Shown here piece after piece: positions 8,816-18,954 of a stretch of 64,000 bases of DNA. Position 1 is the stretch's first letter, and the number at the start of each line of letters is the position of its first letter. The stretch comes from Candidatus Kerfeldbacteria bacterium (lineage in GTDB: Bacteria > Patescibacteriota > Patescibacteriia > UBA9570). The DNA lies in the NCBI GenBank assembly GCA_016182495.1, contig JACPGK010000002.1:12581-76580 (forward strand). The letters are read 5' to 3'. The position numbers were made by a program, and so were the translations under genes. Under the pieces are notes generated by a model. It saw nothing but the letters and a program-made list of their open reading frames with translations, made no database searches and had not been told where the DNA came from.

Positions 8816-10736
8816 GCCTTTACCTAAACCAACTCAAGCTAAGCCAACTCCATTGCCTCTACACAAGAGGTTTAAACACCCCAAGGCATTACTGGCGATG
8901 ATTGGAGTATTAGCAGTGTTGGCTGGGTTCGGTTTTATCGCTGTTCAAGCTAAACAAATGTATCAAGCTGGGGTGTTGACTAAAAATGAAGTGTTACTAG
9001 CGCAACAAGCAGTGACCGCTAAAGATTGGCCAGCGGCTAAAGATCATTTAGTTGCCAGTCAAACAGCTTTGCAACAGGTCCAGCAGGCTTCAGGCCGTTT
9101 AGCTATTATTAAGTGGTTGCCTTGGATTAAAACCCAGTTTCAGGCCGTTGATAGTTTAACTACAGCAGGGGTGCATGGGTTAGCGGCAGCTAATGCCGGT
9201 ATTGAGTTAGCGGATGATATTTTAAGCACGCTTGATCAACCAGAGGTGTCATTTTCCAGTTTAACTGGGCAACAACGTAAACAAGTATTGCAAACGCTAA
9301 CAGATTCTCCACAAATTTTGGCCAACATCACCACTGAAATGGACGCCGCTGTTACTGCCTTAGATACTATTCCAACCCAGGGTTTAATCAAGCCTCTCGC
9401 TGTAGTCATTACGCCGATACAACAACGTCTGCCAGAGTTTCGGCGTTACGTTGATGATGTATTACCCTTTTTACAGGTGGCACCTACGGTGGTAGGGTAT
9501 CCTGATGAGCAAACCTATTTATTTTTATTGCAAAATAATACCGAACTTCGTCCAACCGGCGGGTTTATTGGTTCGTACGGTATTTTAATATTAAAAAACG
9601 GCGATATTAAAGATTTCAAAACCGATAATATCTACAATATTGACAATCCGGTTAAAAATGAATTATTCATTACCCCACCTGCACCACTACAACAGTATTT
9701 AGGTTCCAGTCAGTGGTTTATGCGCGATGCTAATTGGCATCCAGATTTTCCTACCACAGCCGAGAAAGTTGAAGAATTTTATCACCTAGAACATGGCCCA
9801 GTTGCACAGATTGATGGCGTCATTGCGGTGACACCAGATGTGATTAAAGCACTGCTCGAATTTACTGGTCCAATCACGATTGAAGGTGATGAATATAGTT
9901 CGGCTAATTTAACCGAATTGTTGCAAGAAAAAGTAGAAGTTAGTTTTCGTCAGGAGGGCAGAACTGATGCCACGCGTAAAGAAGTGATTGGGCATTTGGC
10001 CGGCGAATTAATGCAACGCTTGCAACGTGCCCCACGCTCACAATGGCCCGATTTATTAAGTACAGTATTAGAACAATTAGAACAAAAACAAATTTTACTA
10101 TTTTCTAAAAATACCGCGGTGCAAAATTTGGTAGCCCAACTTGATTGGGATGGAGCGCTCCAAACTACCACCAGTGATTATGTTCAAGTGGTTGATGCTA
10201 ACTTGGCCGCTTTAAAAACTGATCGGGTGATGGAAAAACAGTTTAGTTACGCTTTGAGTAAAGATGGCGAATCGTACAGCGCCAAACTCACCCTGCAGTA
10301 TCATAATGCTGGAGTTGGGTATACTTCCTTTACTACTCGCTATCGTAGCTATACCAGAATTTACGTACCACTCGGCAGCGAATTAATTTCTACCACTGGA
10401 TTTTTAAGTAACGATTGCAATATCGGTTGTGATCCAGTTTCTGCTAAAATAACGCAAGATGATGAGTTTGCCAGAACTATCTTTGAAGGTTTTATCGCGG
10501 TTGAGCCCCAAGATACTGCCACAGTAACACTTACCTATAAACTACCAGCCAATATTAGTGCTCAAATAGAAGATGGTACGTATCAATTATATTGGCAAAA
10601 ACAATCAGGTACAAACAATGTACAGATTGAAACCGATTATAGCGCCATTGACAAAAATAGCATTTTCGATAAAAATACACTGCACTTTAATGGACCATTA
10701 CACACCGATCAAACAATTACTTTAAATTCCCAATAA
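8793..10736 (+). CDS. Large membrane-anchored extracytoplasmic protein of unknown function (possibly DUF4012-like)
   Basis: 647 aa, single N-terminal TM (ALLAMIGVLAVLAGFGFIAV), remainder hydrophilic with conserved-looking LRPTGGFIGSYG block; sits inside the GT cluster. Confidence 0.5.
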   Translation: MTLVPTVKPLPKPTQAKPTPLPLHKRFKHPKALLAMIGVLAVLAGFGFIAVQAKQMYQAGVLTKNEVLLAQQAVTAKDWPAAKDHLVASQTALQQVQQASGRLAIIKWLPWIKTQFQAVDSLTTAGVHGLAAANAGIELADDILSTLDQPEVSFSSLTGQQRKQVLQTLTDSPQILANITTEMDAAVTALDTIPTQGLIKPLAVVITPIQQRLPEFRRYVDDVLPFLQVAPTVVGYPDEQTYLFLLQNNTELRPTGGFIGSYGILILKNGDIKDFKTDNIYNIDNPVKNELFITPPAPLQQYLGSSQWFMRDANWHPDFPTTAEKVEEFYHLEHGPVAQIDGVIAVTPDVIKALLEFTGPITIEGDEYSSANLTELLQEKVEVSFRQEGRTDATRKEVIGHLAGELMQRLQRAPRSQWPDLLSTVLEQLEQKQILLFSKNTAVQNLVAQLDWDGALQTTTSDYVQVVDANLAALKTDRVMEKQFSYALSKDGESYSAKLTLQYHNAGVGYTSFTTRYRSYTRIYVPLGSELISTTGFLSNDCNIGCDPVSAKITQDDEFARTIFEGFIAVEPQDTATVTLTYKLPANISAQIEDGTYQLYWQKQSGTNNVQIETDYSAIDKNSIFDKNTLHFNGPLHTDQTITLNSQ

Positions 10737-10748
10737 CAGCGCTGTTTC

Positions 10749-11756
10749 ATGTTTGTTAAAAAAATTGGCATTGATCTTGGTACAGTCAATACTCTCGTCT
10801 ACGTTCCACGTCGTGGCATTGCTATTAATGAACCATCGGTCGTAGCGGTGAATCAACGCGATGGGGGAGTGTTAGCCGTAGGTAGTGAAGCCCGTGAAAT
10901 GATTGGTCGTACACCCGATACCATTGTGGCTCGTCGCCCCTTAAAAGAAGGAGTGATTGCTGATTATAAAACAACCGAAAGCATGTTACGGTATTTTATT
11001 AATAAAGCTCTTGGAGGAGTACGTTTTATTAGCCCTGAAGTAATGATTGCTGTTCCGGCTGGTATTACTTCAACTGAACGCCGAGCGGTGATTGACGCTA
11101 CTTTGCAAGCTGGCGCTAAAGCGGCCTTTATTATTAAACAGCCAGTGGCCTCTGCTATTGGTGCTGGTATACCGATTGGTTCAGCTTCGGGCCATATGAT
11201 TATTGAAATTGGCGGTGGTACAAGTGAAATCGCCGTCATTTCACTTGGCGGCATTGTCGCTAATGCTTCCGTTCGAATTGGTGGTACTAAATTTGATCGA
11301 GCGATTCAAGAATATGTTCGTAAAAAATATAGTTTGGCTATTGGTGAACGTAGTGCTGAAGAATTAAAAATCAAAGTAGGATCAGCCTTACCATTGGCCG
11401 AAAAATTAGCCATGGAAATTCGCGGTCGTGATATGATTACTGGCTTGCCGCGCACTACCGAAGTGACATCAGATGATATTACTGAAGCAATCCAAGATGA
11501 ATTACAAGGGATTATTCAAGCTGTCAAAGCTGTGTTGCAAGAAACCCCACCAGAATTATCAGCCGATGTGATTGATAAAGGCATGGTGATATCCGGTGGA
11601 TCTGGTTTATTACGAAATTTGGATGAATTACTCGCCAGAGCGATTAATGTTCCAGCCTATGTCGCTGATGATCCGTTACAAAATGTCGTTAAAGGTACCG
11701 GTGTTGCTTTGGAAAATCTTGAATCCTACAAACGTTCAATTTTAGCGATGAAGTAA
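10749..11756 (+). CDS. MreB/Mbl-family actin-like protein (paralog 1)
   Basis: IGIDLGTVNTLVYV..NEPSVVAV phosphate-1 motif, GGGTSEIAVISLGG phosphate-2, 335 aa. Confidence 0.85.
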   Translation: MFVKKIGIDLGTVNTLVYVPRRGIAINEPSVVAVNQRDGGVLAVGSEAREMIGRTPDTIVARRPLKEGVIADYKTTESMLRYFINKALGGVRFISPEVMIAVPAGITSTERRAVIDATLQAGAKAAFIIKQPVASAIGAGIPIGSASGHMIIEIGGGTSEIAVISLGGIVANASVRIGGTKFDRAIQEYVRKKYSLAIGERSAEELKIKVGSALPLAEKLAMEIRGRDMITGLPRTTEVTSDDITEAIQDELQGIIQAVKAVLQETPPELSADVIDKGMVISGGSGLLRNLDELLARAINVPAYVADDPLQNVVKGTGVALENLESYKRSILAMK

Positions 11757-12931
11757 TGTTCAGCCTGGGCATAGATGCTTCACGGGCAAACTGTAGTAAC
11801 CGTACCGGTACTGAATGGTACGTGTTTAATTTAATTCAACAGTTTAAACAGTTATTGCCAGCCGATGAAGTTCAGGTAACGTTATATACTAAAGAAGCTT
11901 TAGTTGACGATTTACAACCGTTGCCAAAACATTGGCGGCATCAGATTTTGCGCTGGCCACCTGGATTATTATGGACCCAACTGCGTTTATCAGTGACCAT
12001 GCTTAATCCATGGAAACGACCAGATGTATTATTTATCCCAGCGCATACTATTCCTATTATTCATCCTCAACAAACCGTGTATACAGCTCATGATTTAGGC
12101 TTTGAACGTTGGCCGCAATTGTACGCTAATATATTAATTGGCGGTTCATGGCTGAATCGGCTGATACGTGTAATCAGTCTGGGGCGATATTCTACTAGCG
12201 AATTCGATTACCACCGCTGGTCGATGCGCTATGCTGCTCGCCATGCTCGCCACATCATTGCTATTTCACAGTTCACTGCTCATGAACTGATGGAGCTATA
12301 CCAAGTATCATCTGATCGTATTACCGTAGTTCATAATGGAGTCACAACTAAAGATTACCATCCTTTACCGGCCACTGTTATTCACCAACCAGTATATTTT
12401 TTATACACCGGTCGAATTGAACATAAAAAAAATATCCGTAATTTAATTACAGGGTTTATTTATGCTAAGCAGCACTGGGCGTTACCGCACCAACTTTGGT
12501 TAGTTGGCCAGCCTGGTTATGGGTATGAAGATATCGTTACCGTAGCCAAACAATCTGATTACCAAGCCGATATTAAATTTTTAGGATATGTACCGCAGGC
12601 TCAAATGAATTCATTGATGAATCAAGCCGCCGCTTTTATTTTTCCATCATACTACGAGGGTTTTGGTATCCCTGTGCTCGAAGCTATGTCGGCCCATACC
12701 GTAGTAGTGTGTTCAAATATACCGGCACTGCGTGAAGTGGTCGGCCAGGCAGGATTATTTTTTGAACCGAATCAATCAGCAACCATTGCTCAAGCACTGT
12801 ATCAGGTTGCTCAATTCACTGACCAACAACGGCAACGGTATGTGGCTGCTGGTATTGAACAGTTAAAAAAATTTAGCTGGCCAAGTTGTGCCGAAGAAAC
12901 TTGGCAGGTACTACGTCGGGTAGTACAATAA
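11756..12931 (+). CDS. Glycosyltransferase family 4
   Basis: EGFGIPVLEAMSAHTVVVCSNIPALREV GT-B C-terminal motif. Confidence 0.75.
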   Translation: MFSLGIDASRANCSNRTGTEWYVFNLIQQFKQLLPADEVQVTLYTKEALVDDLQPLPKHWRHQILRWPPGLLWTQLRLSVTMLNPWKRPDVLFIPAHTIPIIHPQQTVYTAHDLGFERWPQLYANILIGGSWLNRLIRVISLGRYSTSEFDYHRWSMRYAARHARHIIAISQFTAHELMELYQVSSDRITVVHNGVTTKDYHPLPATVIHQPVYFLYTGRIEHKKNIRNLITGFIYAKQHWALPHQLWLVGQPGYGYEDIVTVAKQSDYQADIKFLGYVPQAQMNSLMNQAAAFIFPSYYEGFGIPVLEAMSAHTVVVCSNIPALREVVGQAGLFFEPNQSATIAQALYQVAQFTDQQRQRYVAAGIEQLKKFSWPSCAEETWQVLRRVVQ

Positions 12932-12933
12932 CC

Positions 12934-13902
12934 AGGATGAAATTTGTCGCTAAAGTATGCGGTAACGAAGTTGGTCAAGGCTATATCCACAAAGCCGTAC
13001 TAGCCAAACAATTACCCCAAAGCCAATTATGGATCGGCCCGCAACATGTTGGTAAAACAACGTTGGCTTACAATTTAGCTTTTCAGTTACTGTGCCGTCA
13101 GGCTCCCACTATCACACCATGCTTGCGCTGTGAGCATTGTCGTATGATCAGTCGCGACATTCATCCCAATGTTCAAGTTATTTTGCCTAATCAAAATGGT
13201 AGTATTGGCATTGATCAAGTACGAGAACTGTTAGGTTCAGTGCCACAATCAAATTGGTACAAGAGTGGACGTTTAATTATTATTGAGCAGGCTGATACGT
13301 TAACACCAGAGGCAGCTACCGCCTTATTAAAAGCCATTGAAGAGCCGCGGCTAGATTGTTTTTGGCTTTTATTATCTGATCAGCCCGATAAAATTTTAGC
13401 TACGCTCCGGTCACGTTGTAGCCAATTATGGTGGCAGCGCGTTACTGACGCCACCATTGTAGCGCATTTTCCAGCAGCCAAGCCGTATGTCAGCTTGATT
13501 GCTGGTTTACCAGGACAAGTTGAGCAATATACATCAACCAGTGGCGCAACTACTTTAGCTACGATCAATCAATGGATTGCATTTTGTCTAGCCGATACCT
13601 ACTACCAGCGTTTAACGGTAGCTAAAAAATTGCTACCCAAAACGTTTAAACGATCAGATTTAATTAACCCCATTTATCAACTTACCCGAATCGCTCACGA
13701 TCTGTTATTACTGCACTACCAAGCGCCTGAACACATCCATGCGCAAACGGCTAAAAGCGCATTGATTGAGTTGCAGCAAAAAACAACTATTGCACAAACC
13801 GTATTAGCCATTGACATTTTAAAAAAAATAAGGTCTTATATACAGCGACCAGTCCAAGCTAAAATTGTATTTGATTATGTTACTATATCGCTTTATCGTT
13901 AA
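12934..13902 (+). CDS. holB: DNA polymerase III delta-prime subunit
   Basis: P-loop-like GPQHVGKTTLA, zinc-module CLRCEHCRMI, SRC motif (RSRC); internal start 12934 preferred over 12886 to avoid overlap with the upstream gene. Confidence 0.75.
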   Translation, partial: RMKFVAKVCGNEVGQGYIHKAVLAKQLPQSQLWIGPQHVGKTTLAYNLAFQLLCRQAPTITPCLRCEHCRMISRDIHPNVQVILPNQNGSIGIDQVRELLGSVPQSNWYKSGRLIIIEQADTLTPEAATALLKAIEEPRLDCFWLLLSDQPDKILATLRSRCSQLWWQRVTDATIVAHFPAAKPYVSLIAGLPGQVEQYTSTSGATTLATINQWIAFCLADTYYQRLTVAKKLLPKTFKRSDLINPIYQLTRIAHDLLLLHYQAPEHIHAQTAKSALIELQQKTTIAQTVLAIDILKKIRSYIQRPVQAKIVFDYVTISLYR

Positions 13903-13945
13903 GTTAATTCAGCCCTATTATCGAGCCATTGGTGTACTGGTGGTC

Positions 13946-15028
13946 ATGGGTAGTATGGTTGTTAGTATGGCTGGCTGTGGCAAGGCTAGTGATGGCGGAG
14001 TATTTCGATCAAGTGATGGCGGTAGTTCTTGGGAGCAAAAAACGTTTATTAGCCAGGAAGGCAGAAAAATCAAAACGATTAATGATGTCAACGTTACTAC
14101 AATCGTTACTCATCCAACCGATCATCAACTGTTGTATCTCGGCACCAAAGCCAATGGATTATATGTCAGCTTTGATAGCGGCGATCATTGGGTGACCACA
14201 GCCTTAACGACTGGCCATGTCAGTGCCATCGCCATAGATCAAACTCAACCTGACATTGTGTTTATTGCACATGATCGTACTATAAAAAAATCTACCGATG
14301 GCGGAGTCACCTGGGAAGTAATGCATACTGATCCAAAAAATGGCCGCCTGACCAGTGTTATTATTGATTACTACGATCATACCAAAATATATGCTAGTAG
14401 TACGTCTGGAACCGTTGTAAAAAGTGTCGACGAAGGCCAACGGTGGGATTTACGCTTACAACTTGATGATAGTATTCAAGAATTATTGATGGCTAATCAC
14501 GATACCAAAATTTTATATGCCTTGGATGATGATGGTCGATTGTTTAAAACTACCAACGGCGGTGAACAAGATCCATTGAATGAAGATGAAGATAAACCGG
14601 TCAATTCAGGTTGGATAGAAGTATTTGATAAGGCCTTTCGTAGTCAATTTAATGCTACCAGTGCAGCGGTTGATATAGCGCTTGATCGTAATGACTCAAC
14701 TATTCTGTACATGGCTGCTAAACGAGGCATTATGCGTGGCAGTAATAATGCTACTCAATGGGAAGATATTACTACGTTATTAGGGTATAACGATAAACGT
14801 AATGAATCGATCCGTAATTTGATTATTGTGCCAGGTAATTCTACTACGCTTTATTTTACCCTCGATAATGGAATTCAAAAATCAACCGATGCCGGCAATA
14901 GTTGGGAGATTATTGAAACTTTTCCCTCCACCAGAAGAATTTCCGCTGTACTGATCGATCCAACTACTACCACTACTCTGTATGCTGGTACCGAGTTTGT
15001 TGAAGAAAAAAAAGGCTTGATTCGCTAA
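13946..15028 (+). CDS. BNR/Asp-box repeat lipoprotein
   Basis: Lipobox MAGCGK after a hydrophobic stretch; at least five S-x-D-x-G-x-x-W Asp-box repeats (SSDGGSSWE, STDGGVTWE, SVDEGQRWD, TTNGGEQ, STDAGNSWE). Confidence 0.7.
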   Translation: MGSMVVSMAGCGKASDGGVFRSSDGGSSWEQKTFISQEGRKIKTINDVNVTTIVTHPTDHQLLYLGTKANGLYVSFDSGDHWVTTALTTGHVSAIAIDQTQPDIVFIAHDRTIKKSTDGGVTWEVMHTDPKNGRLTSVIIDYYDHTKIYASSTSGTVVKSVDEGQRWDLRLQLDDSIQELLMANHDTKILYALDDDGRLFKTTNGGEQDPLNEDEDKPVNSGWIEVFDKAFRSQFNATSAAVDIALDRNDSTILYMAAKRGIMRGSNNATQWEDITTLLGYNDKRNESIRNLIIVPGNSTTLYFTLDNGIQKSTDAGNSWEIIETFPSTRRISAVLIDPTTTTTLYAGTEFVEEKKGLIR

Positions 15029-15031
15029 CTA

Positions 15032-15571
15032 TTGTATCGTATGAATGAATTTGTTAACATTATTACCCATCTGGAAGAAGATTTAGCCGGTATTCATATT
15101 GGCCGAGCCACACCAGCGATGGTAGAAAATATTATGGTCGAAGCTTATAATACTACCTCACCATTACAACAACTAGCGGCTATTACCGCTCCAGGAGCGC
15201 AATTATTATTGATTCAACCCTGGGATCACTCAATTATTAAAGAAGTAGAAAAGGCTTTACGGACCACTGGCCGTGATTTGAACCCGGTGGTTGATGGCAC
15301 CACTCTACGTATTAACTTACCAGCTTTAACACAAGAAAAACGTCAAGAATTTGCCAAGCAGGCCAAAGCCCTAGGCGAGCAAGCTCATGTGGCTGTTAAA
15401 CGACAACGTGAAGAATTAATGCAAACATTCAAACAACAAAAGAACGATAAACAGTTATCAGAAGACGCTTTTTTTAGTGAACAAAAAAAATTACAGAGAC
15501 AGGTTGATGAATGTAACGCCCTGATCGAAAAAAAAGTGACGGCTAAAGAACAAGCCCTCCTACAGTTATGA
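15032..15571 (+). CDS. frr: Ribosome recycling factor
   Basis: 179 aa; RRF-like pattern with conserved Arg-rich helical C-terminus (HVAVKRQREE). Confidence 0.8.
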   Translation: MYRMNEFVNIITHLEEDLAGIHIGRATPAMVENIMVEAYNTTSPLQQLAAITAPGAQLLLIQPWDHSIIKEVEKALRTTGRDLNPVVDGTTLRINLPALTQEKRQEFAKQAKALGEQAHVAVKRQREELMQTFKQQKNDKQLSEDAFFSEQKKLQRQVDECNALIEKKVTAKEQALLQL

Positions 15572-16683
15572 TTGGTTGGTCAATTATTGTTTTTATTATC
15601 ATTTTAGGATTACTGGTGATTGTGCATGAGTTGGGACATTTTCTATTGGCCAAATTATTTCGAGTAGGCGTAGATGAGTTTGGCATTGGTTTTCCACCTC
15701 GTTTGACTGGTTGGAAACTAGGTCAAACGCTCTATTCGATTAATTGGATTCCCATTGGTGGCTTCGTCAAAATTAAAGGGGTAGTCGGTGGCGATCAAAT
15801 GGATAGCCCAACGCATACTGGCCATACCCAACCATCATCAGATGATTTTGCCAGCCGTCCACTATGGCAGCGGTTTTGTATTTTAGTTGGCGGAATTGTC
15901 ATGAATATTGTGTTAGCGGCTGTTTTATTTAGTAGTGGCTATATGATTGGCCTGCCCACTAGTGTAACAGCAGCACCAAGCAATGCTGTTATTACCGAGC
16001 GTAGTTTAGTGGTGGTTGATGTACCAGTCAATGTACCAGCTGCCAACGAAGGCTTACAGCCAGGCGATATTATTCGCAGCCTTAATGGTCAAACAATCTC
16101 TACTTTAGCTGACTTGCAAGCAGCCTTGGCAAAAAGCACCTTACAATCACAGTTGACTTTAGCCGTAGAACGCCAAGCTGAAACAATTACAGAATTAACC
16201 ATTACACCAACCACTCTAACAGAATCTGATACCATCGGTATCGGCGCCTACTTTGTGGAAACTGGTTTAGTTCGCTTGCCATTTTTTACGGCCATCTGGT
16301 TTGGTACTACTCAAGCCGTTCATTTAACCTGGCAAATATTGCTGGCTCTTATTCAAATGATTGCTCAACTGTTTACTGGGCAGGGTGTTAGTGGACAACT
16401 AGCCGGACCACTTGGGATTGCTTCATTAACGCATCAAGCCACGTTACTTGGGGTAGCCTATATTATTCAATTTGCAGCAGTCTTATCTATTAATTTAGCA
16501 ATTTTTAACTTGTTGCCATTTCCAGCGCTTGATGGTGGTAGAATATTATTTTTGGGAATTGAATTAGTCTTACGCCGCCCGCTGAATCAACGGGCTGAAG
16601 CAATTATTCATAATATTGGTTTCATTGTATTGTTGTTATTAATTCTCGGAGTAACTGTTAAAGATGTGTTTAACTTATTTTAA
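15568..16683 (+). CDS. rseP: RIP site-2 zinc metalloprotease RseP
   Basis: HELGHF HExxH motif in first TM, central PDZ-like region, C-terminal NLLPFPALDGG (LDG) motif. Confidence 0.85.
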   Translation: MIGWSIIVFIIILGLLVIVHELGHFLLAKLFRVGVDEFGIGFPPRLTGWKLGQTLYSINWIPIGGFVKIKGVVGGDQMDSPTHTGHTQPSSDDFASRPLWQRFCILVGGIVMNIVLAAVLFSSGYMIGLPTSVTAAPSNAVITERSLVVVDVPVNVPAANEGLQPGDIIRSLNGQTISTLADLQAALAKSTLQSQLTLAVERQAETITELTITPTTLTESDTIGIGAYFVETGLVRLPFFTAIWFGTTQAVHLTWQILLALIQMIAQLFTGQGVSGQLAGPLGIASLTHQATLLGVAYIIQFAAVLSINLAIFNLLPFPALDGGRILFLGIELVLRRPLNQRAEAIIHNIGFIVLLLLILGVTVKDVFNLF

Positions 16684-16685
16684 GT

Positions 16686-17912
16686 ATGCGCCAATCCAAA
16701 TTGTTTACAAAAACACTGAAACACTTGCCAAAAGATGAAGCCAGTAGTAATGCCCAATTATTATTGAAAGGTGGTTATATCGATAAACTCATGGCCGGGG
16801 TATATTCCATATTGCCGTTAGGGTGGGCCGTAGTCAATCGCCTAGAAGCTATTATTCGATCAGAGCTTAATTCCATTGGTGCTCAAGAAGTATTTTTGCC
16901 CGCCTTGCAGCCAAAAGAATTATGGAGCACTACCGGTCGGTGGGAAACAATGAAGGATATTTTATATACCGTGCAGCAAGCTGATCAAGAATATACCCTT
17001 GGATCAACCCACGAAGAAGTGGTGGTGCCGCTGATGCAAAAATTTGTTCATTCGTACAAAGATTTACCAGTGGCAGTATATCAGTTTCAAACAAAATTTC
17101 GTCGTGAATTGCGTCCAAAATCTGGAATTTTACGTGGCCGGGAGTTTCTCATGAAGGATCAATACTCATTTCATGTTTCGGTGGAAGATTTGAATCGTTA
17201 TTACGATATGATGAAACAAGTGTACCAAAGAATTTTTCAGCAGGTTGGCTTAGGTGACGTGACGCATCTGACATTTGCTTCGGGTGGTGCTTTTTCTAAA
17301 TATTCCCATGAATATCAAACTGTGACACCGGCCGGAGAAGATACTATTTATATTTGTCAGCAATGTCAATTAGCCATTAATCGTGAAATTAAAGCTGATA
17401 CCCCCGTTTGTCCACAGTGCCAAGGTCAAGAATTTATAGAACAGCGAGCCATTGAAGTTGGTAATATTTTTAAGCTGATGGCTAAGTTTACGGAGCCATT
17501 TAATTTTATGGTTGCTGGAGCAGATGGTAAACCACAACCTGTCATTATGGGTTGCTATGGTATAGGCATTGGCCGGATGTTAGGAACTATTGTAGAAATT
17601 CATCACGATGCCCATGGTATTATTTGGCCTGAAGCAGTTAGTCCATATACGTTTCATTTACTTAACTTGCACAACGATAGTGTTCAAGCAGACCAAGTGT
17701 ATACAACTTTACAACTGGCTGGTCATACGGTACTATTTGACGACCGTGCAGTATCTGCTGGCATAAAATTTGCCGATGCCGACTTGTTGGGACTGCCAAT
17801 TCGATTAGTGGTTAGTCCTAAAACACAAGGCAAAATTGAATATCGGCGGCGAGTAAATGATACCACGGCCTTAGTTGGTTTAGACGAACTCGTTAAGCGT
17901 CATGTTCAATAA
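16686..17912 (+). CDS. proS: Prolyl-tRNA synthetase, bacterial-type core lacking INS editing domain
   Basis: N-terminus aligns with bacterial ProRS (GVYSILPLGWAV..ELWSTTGRWE), motif 2 FRRELRPKSGILRGREFLMKDQYSFH, motif 3 GCYGIGIGR; 408 aa. Confidence 0.85.
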   Translation: MRQSKLFTKTLKHLPKDEASSNAQLLLKGGYIDKLMAGVYSILPLGWAVVNRLEAIIRSELNSIGAQEVFLPALQPKELWSTTGRWETMKDILYTVQQADQEYTLGSTHEEVVVPLMQKFVHSYKDLPVAVYQFQTKFRRELRPKSGILRGREFLMKDQYSFHVSVEDLNRYYDMMKQVYQRIFQQVGLGDVTHLTFASGGAFSKYSHEYQTVTPAGEDTIYICQQCQLAINREIKADTPVCPQCQGQEFIEQRAIEVGNIFKLMAKFTEPFNFMVAGADGKPQPVIMGCYGIGIGRMLGTIVEIHHDAHGIIWPEAVSPYTFHLLNLHNDSVQADQVYTTLQLAGHTVLFDDRAVSAGIKFADADLLGLPIRLVVSPKTQGKIEYRRRVNDTTALVGLDELVKRHVQ

Positions 17913-18951
17913 TTTATTTGGGCGAGTTTCAAAAGATATCGGTATCGATTTAGGTACGGCTAATACGTTAGTGTACGTGCGTGATCGTGGCATTGTAATT
18001 AATGAACCATCCGTAGTGGCAGTCAATGAACGCACCGGACAAATTTTGGCAGTCGGTAAAGAAGCTAAAGAAATGGTTGGTAAAACTCCGCCGCACATTA
18101 CCGCTACTCGACCATTAGCCAAAGGCGTAGTATCCGATTTTGAAGTTACTGAAAAAATGCTCAAGCATTTTATTGATAAAGTTCATCGTGAAACGTTTTC
18201 AGTGTTCCCTAAACCGCGCGTTGTTATTGCTATTCCGTTAGGAGTGACTGAAGTTGAACGCAAAGCCGTTGAAGATGCTGCTCGCCAAGCCGGTGCTCGA
18301 GAAGTTATCTTAGTAGAAGAAGCCATGGCCGCAGCTATTGGAGCTCGTTTACCGGTACGTGATTCAATGGGCACGATGATTGTTGATATTGGCGGAGGAA
18401 CCACTGAAATTGCCGTTATTTCACTTGGTGGGGTAGTGAATTGGCGATCATTGCGTACAGCGGGGGATGATCTTAATCAAGATATTATTAATTATGCCCG
18501 AGATCAGTTTAATTTATTGATTGGTGAACGCACTGCCGAACGCTTAAAAGTAAGCATTGCCACCACTATGCCAATCGACGAAGATATATTTTTGCCTATA
18601 CGAGGGCGTGATTTAGTCACTGGTCTACCGAAAGAATTACAGTTTACTAATCATAATGTGCGTGAAGCCATTGATCGTACCATTGCTTTAATCGTTGATA
18701 ATATTAAGGCCACTATTGAAAGCACTCCGCCCGAGTTATTAGCTGATATTTACGAGCGTGGAATTGTATTAAGCGGTGGTGGCGCTTTATTACCCCAACT
18801 GGATGATCGTATTCGAGGCGAAACTAATGTGCCAGTGCGAGTAGTGGACGATCCACTGACGGCCGTGGTTCGTGGCACCGGTTTAATTTTAGAAAACTTA
18901 GATGAACTACGTGATGTTATTACGGTAGGGCATACCAATTCAACAGAATAA
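17902..18951 (+). CDS. mreB: Rod shape-determining protein MreB
   Basis: IGIDLGTANTLVYV, DIGGGTTEIAVISLGG; immediately upstream of mreC-mreD-PBP2. Confidence 0.9.
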   Translation: MFNNLFGRVSKDIGIDLGTANTLVYVRDRGIVINEPSVVAVNERTGQILAVGKEAKEMVGKTPPHITATRPLAKGVVSDFEVTEKMLKHFIDKVHRETFSVFPKPRVVIAIPLGVTEVERKAVEDAARQAGAREVILVEEAMAAAIGARLPVRDSMGTMIVDIGGGTTEIAVISLGGVVNWRSLRTAGDDLNQDIINYARDQFNLLIGERTAERLKVSIATTMPIDEDIFLPIRGRDLVTGLPKELQFTNHNVREAIDRTIALIVDNIKATIESTPPELLADIYERGIVLSGGGALLPQLDDRIRGETNVPVRVVDDPLTAVVRGTGLILENLDELRDVITVGHTNSTE

Positions 18952-18954
18952 TAT

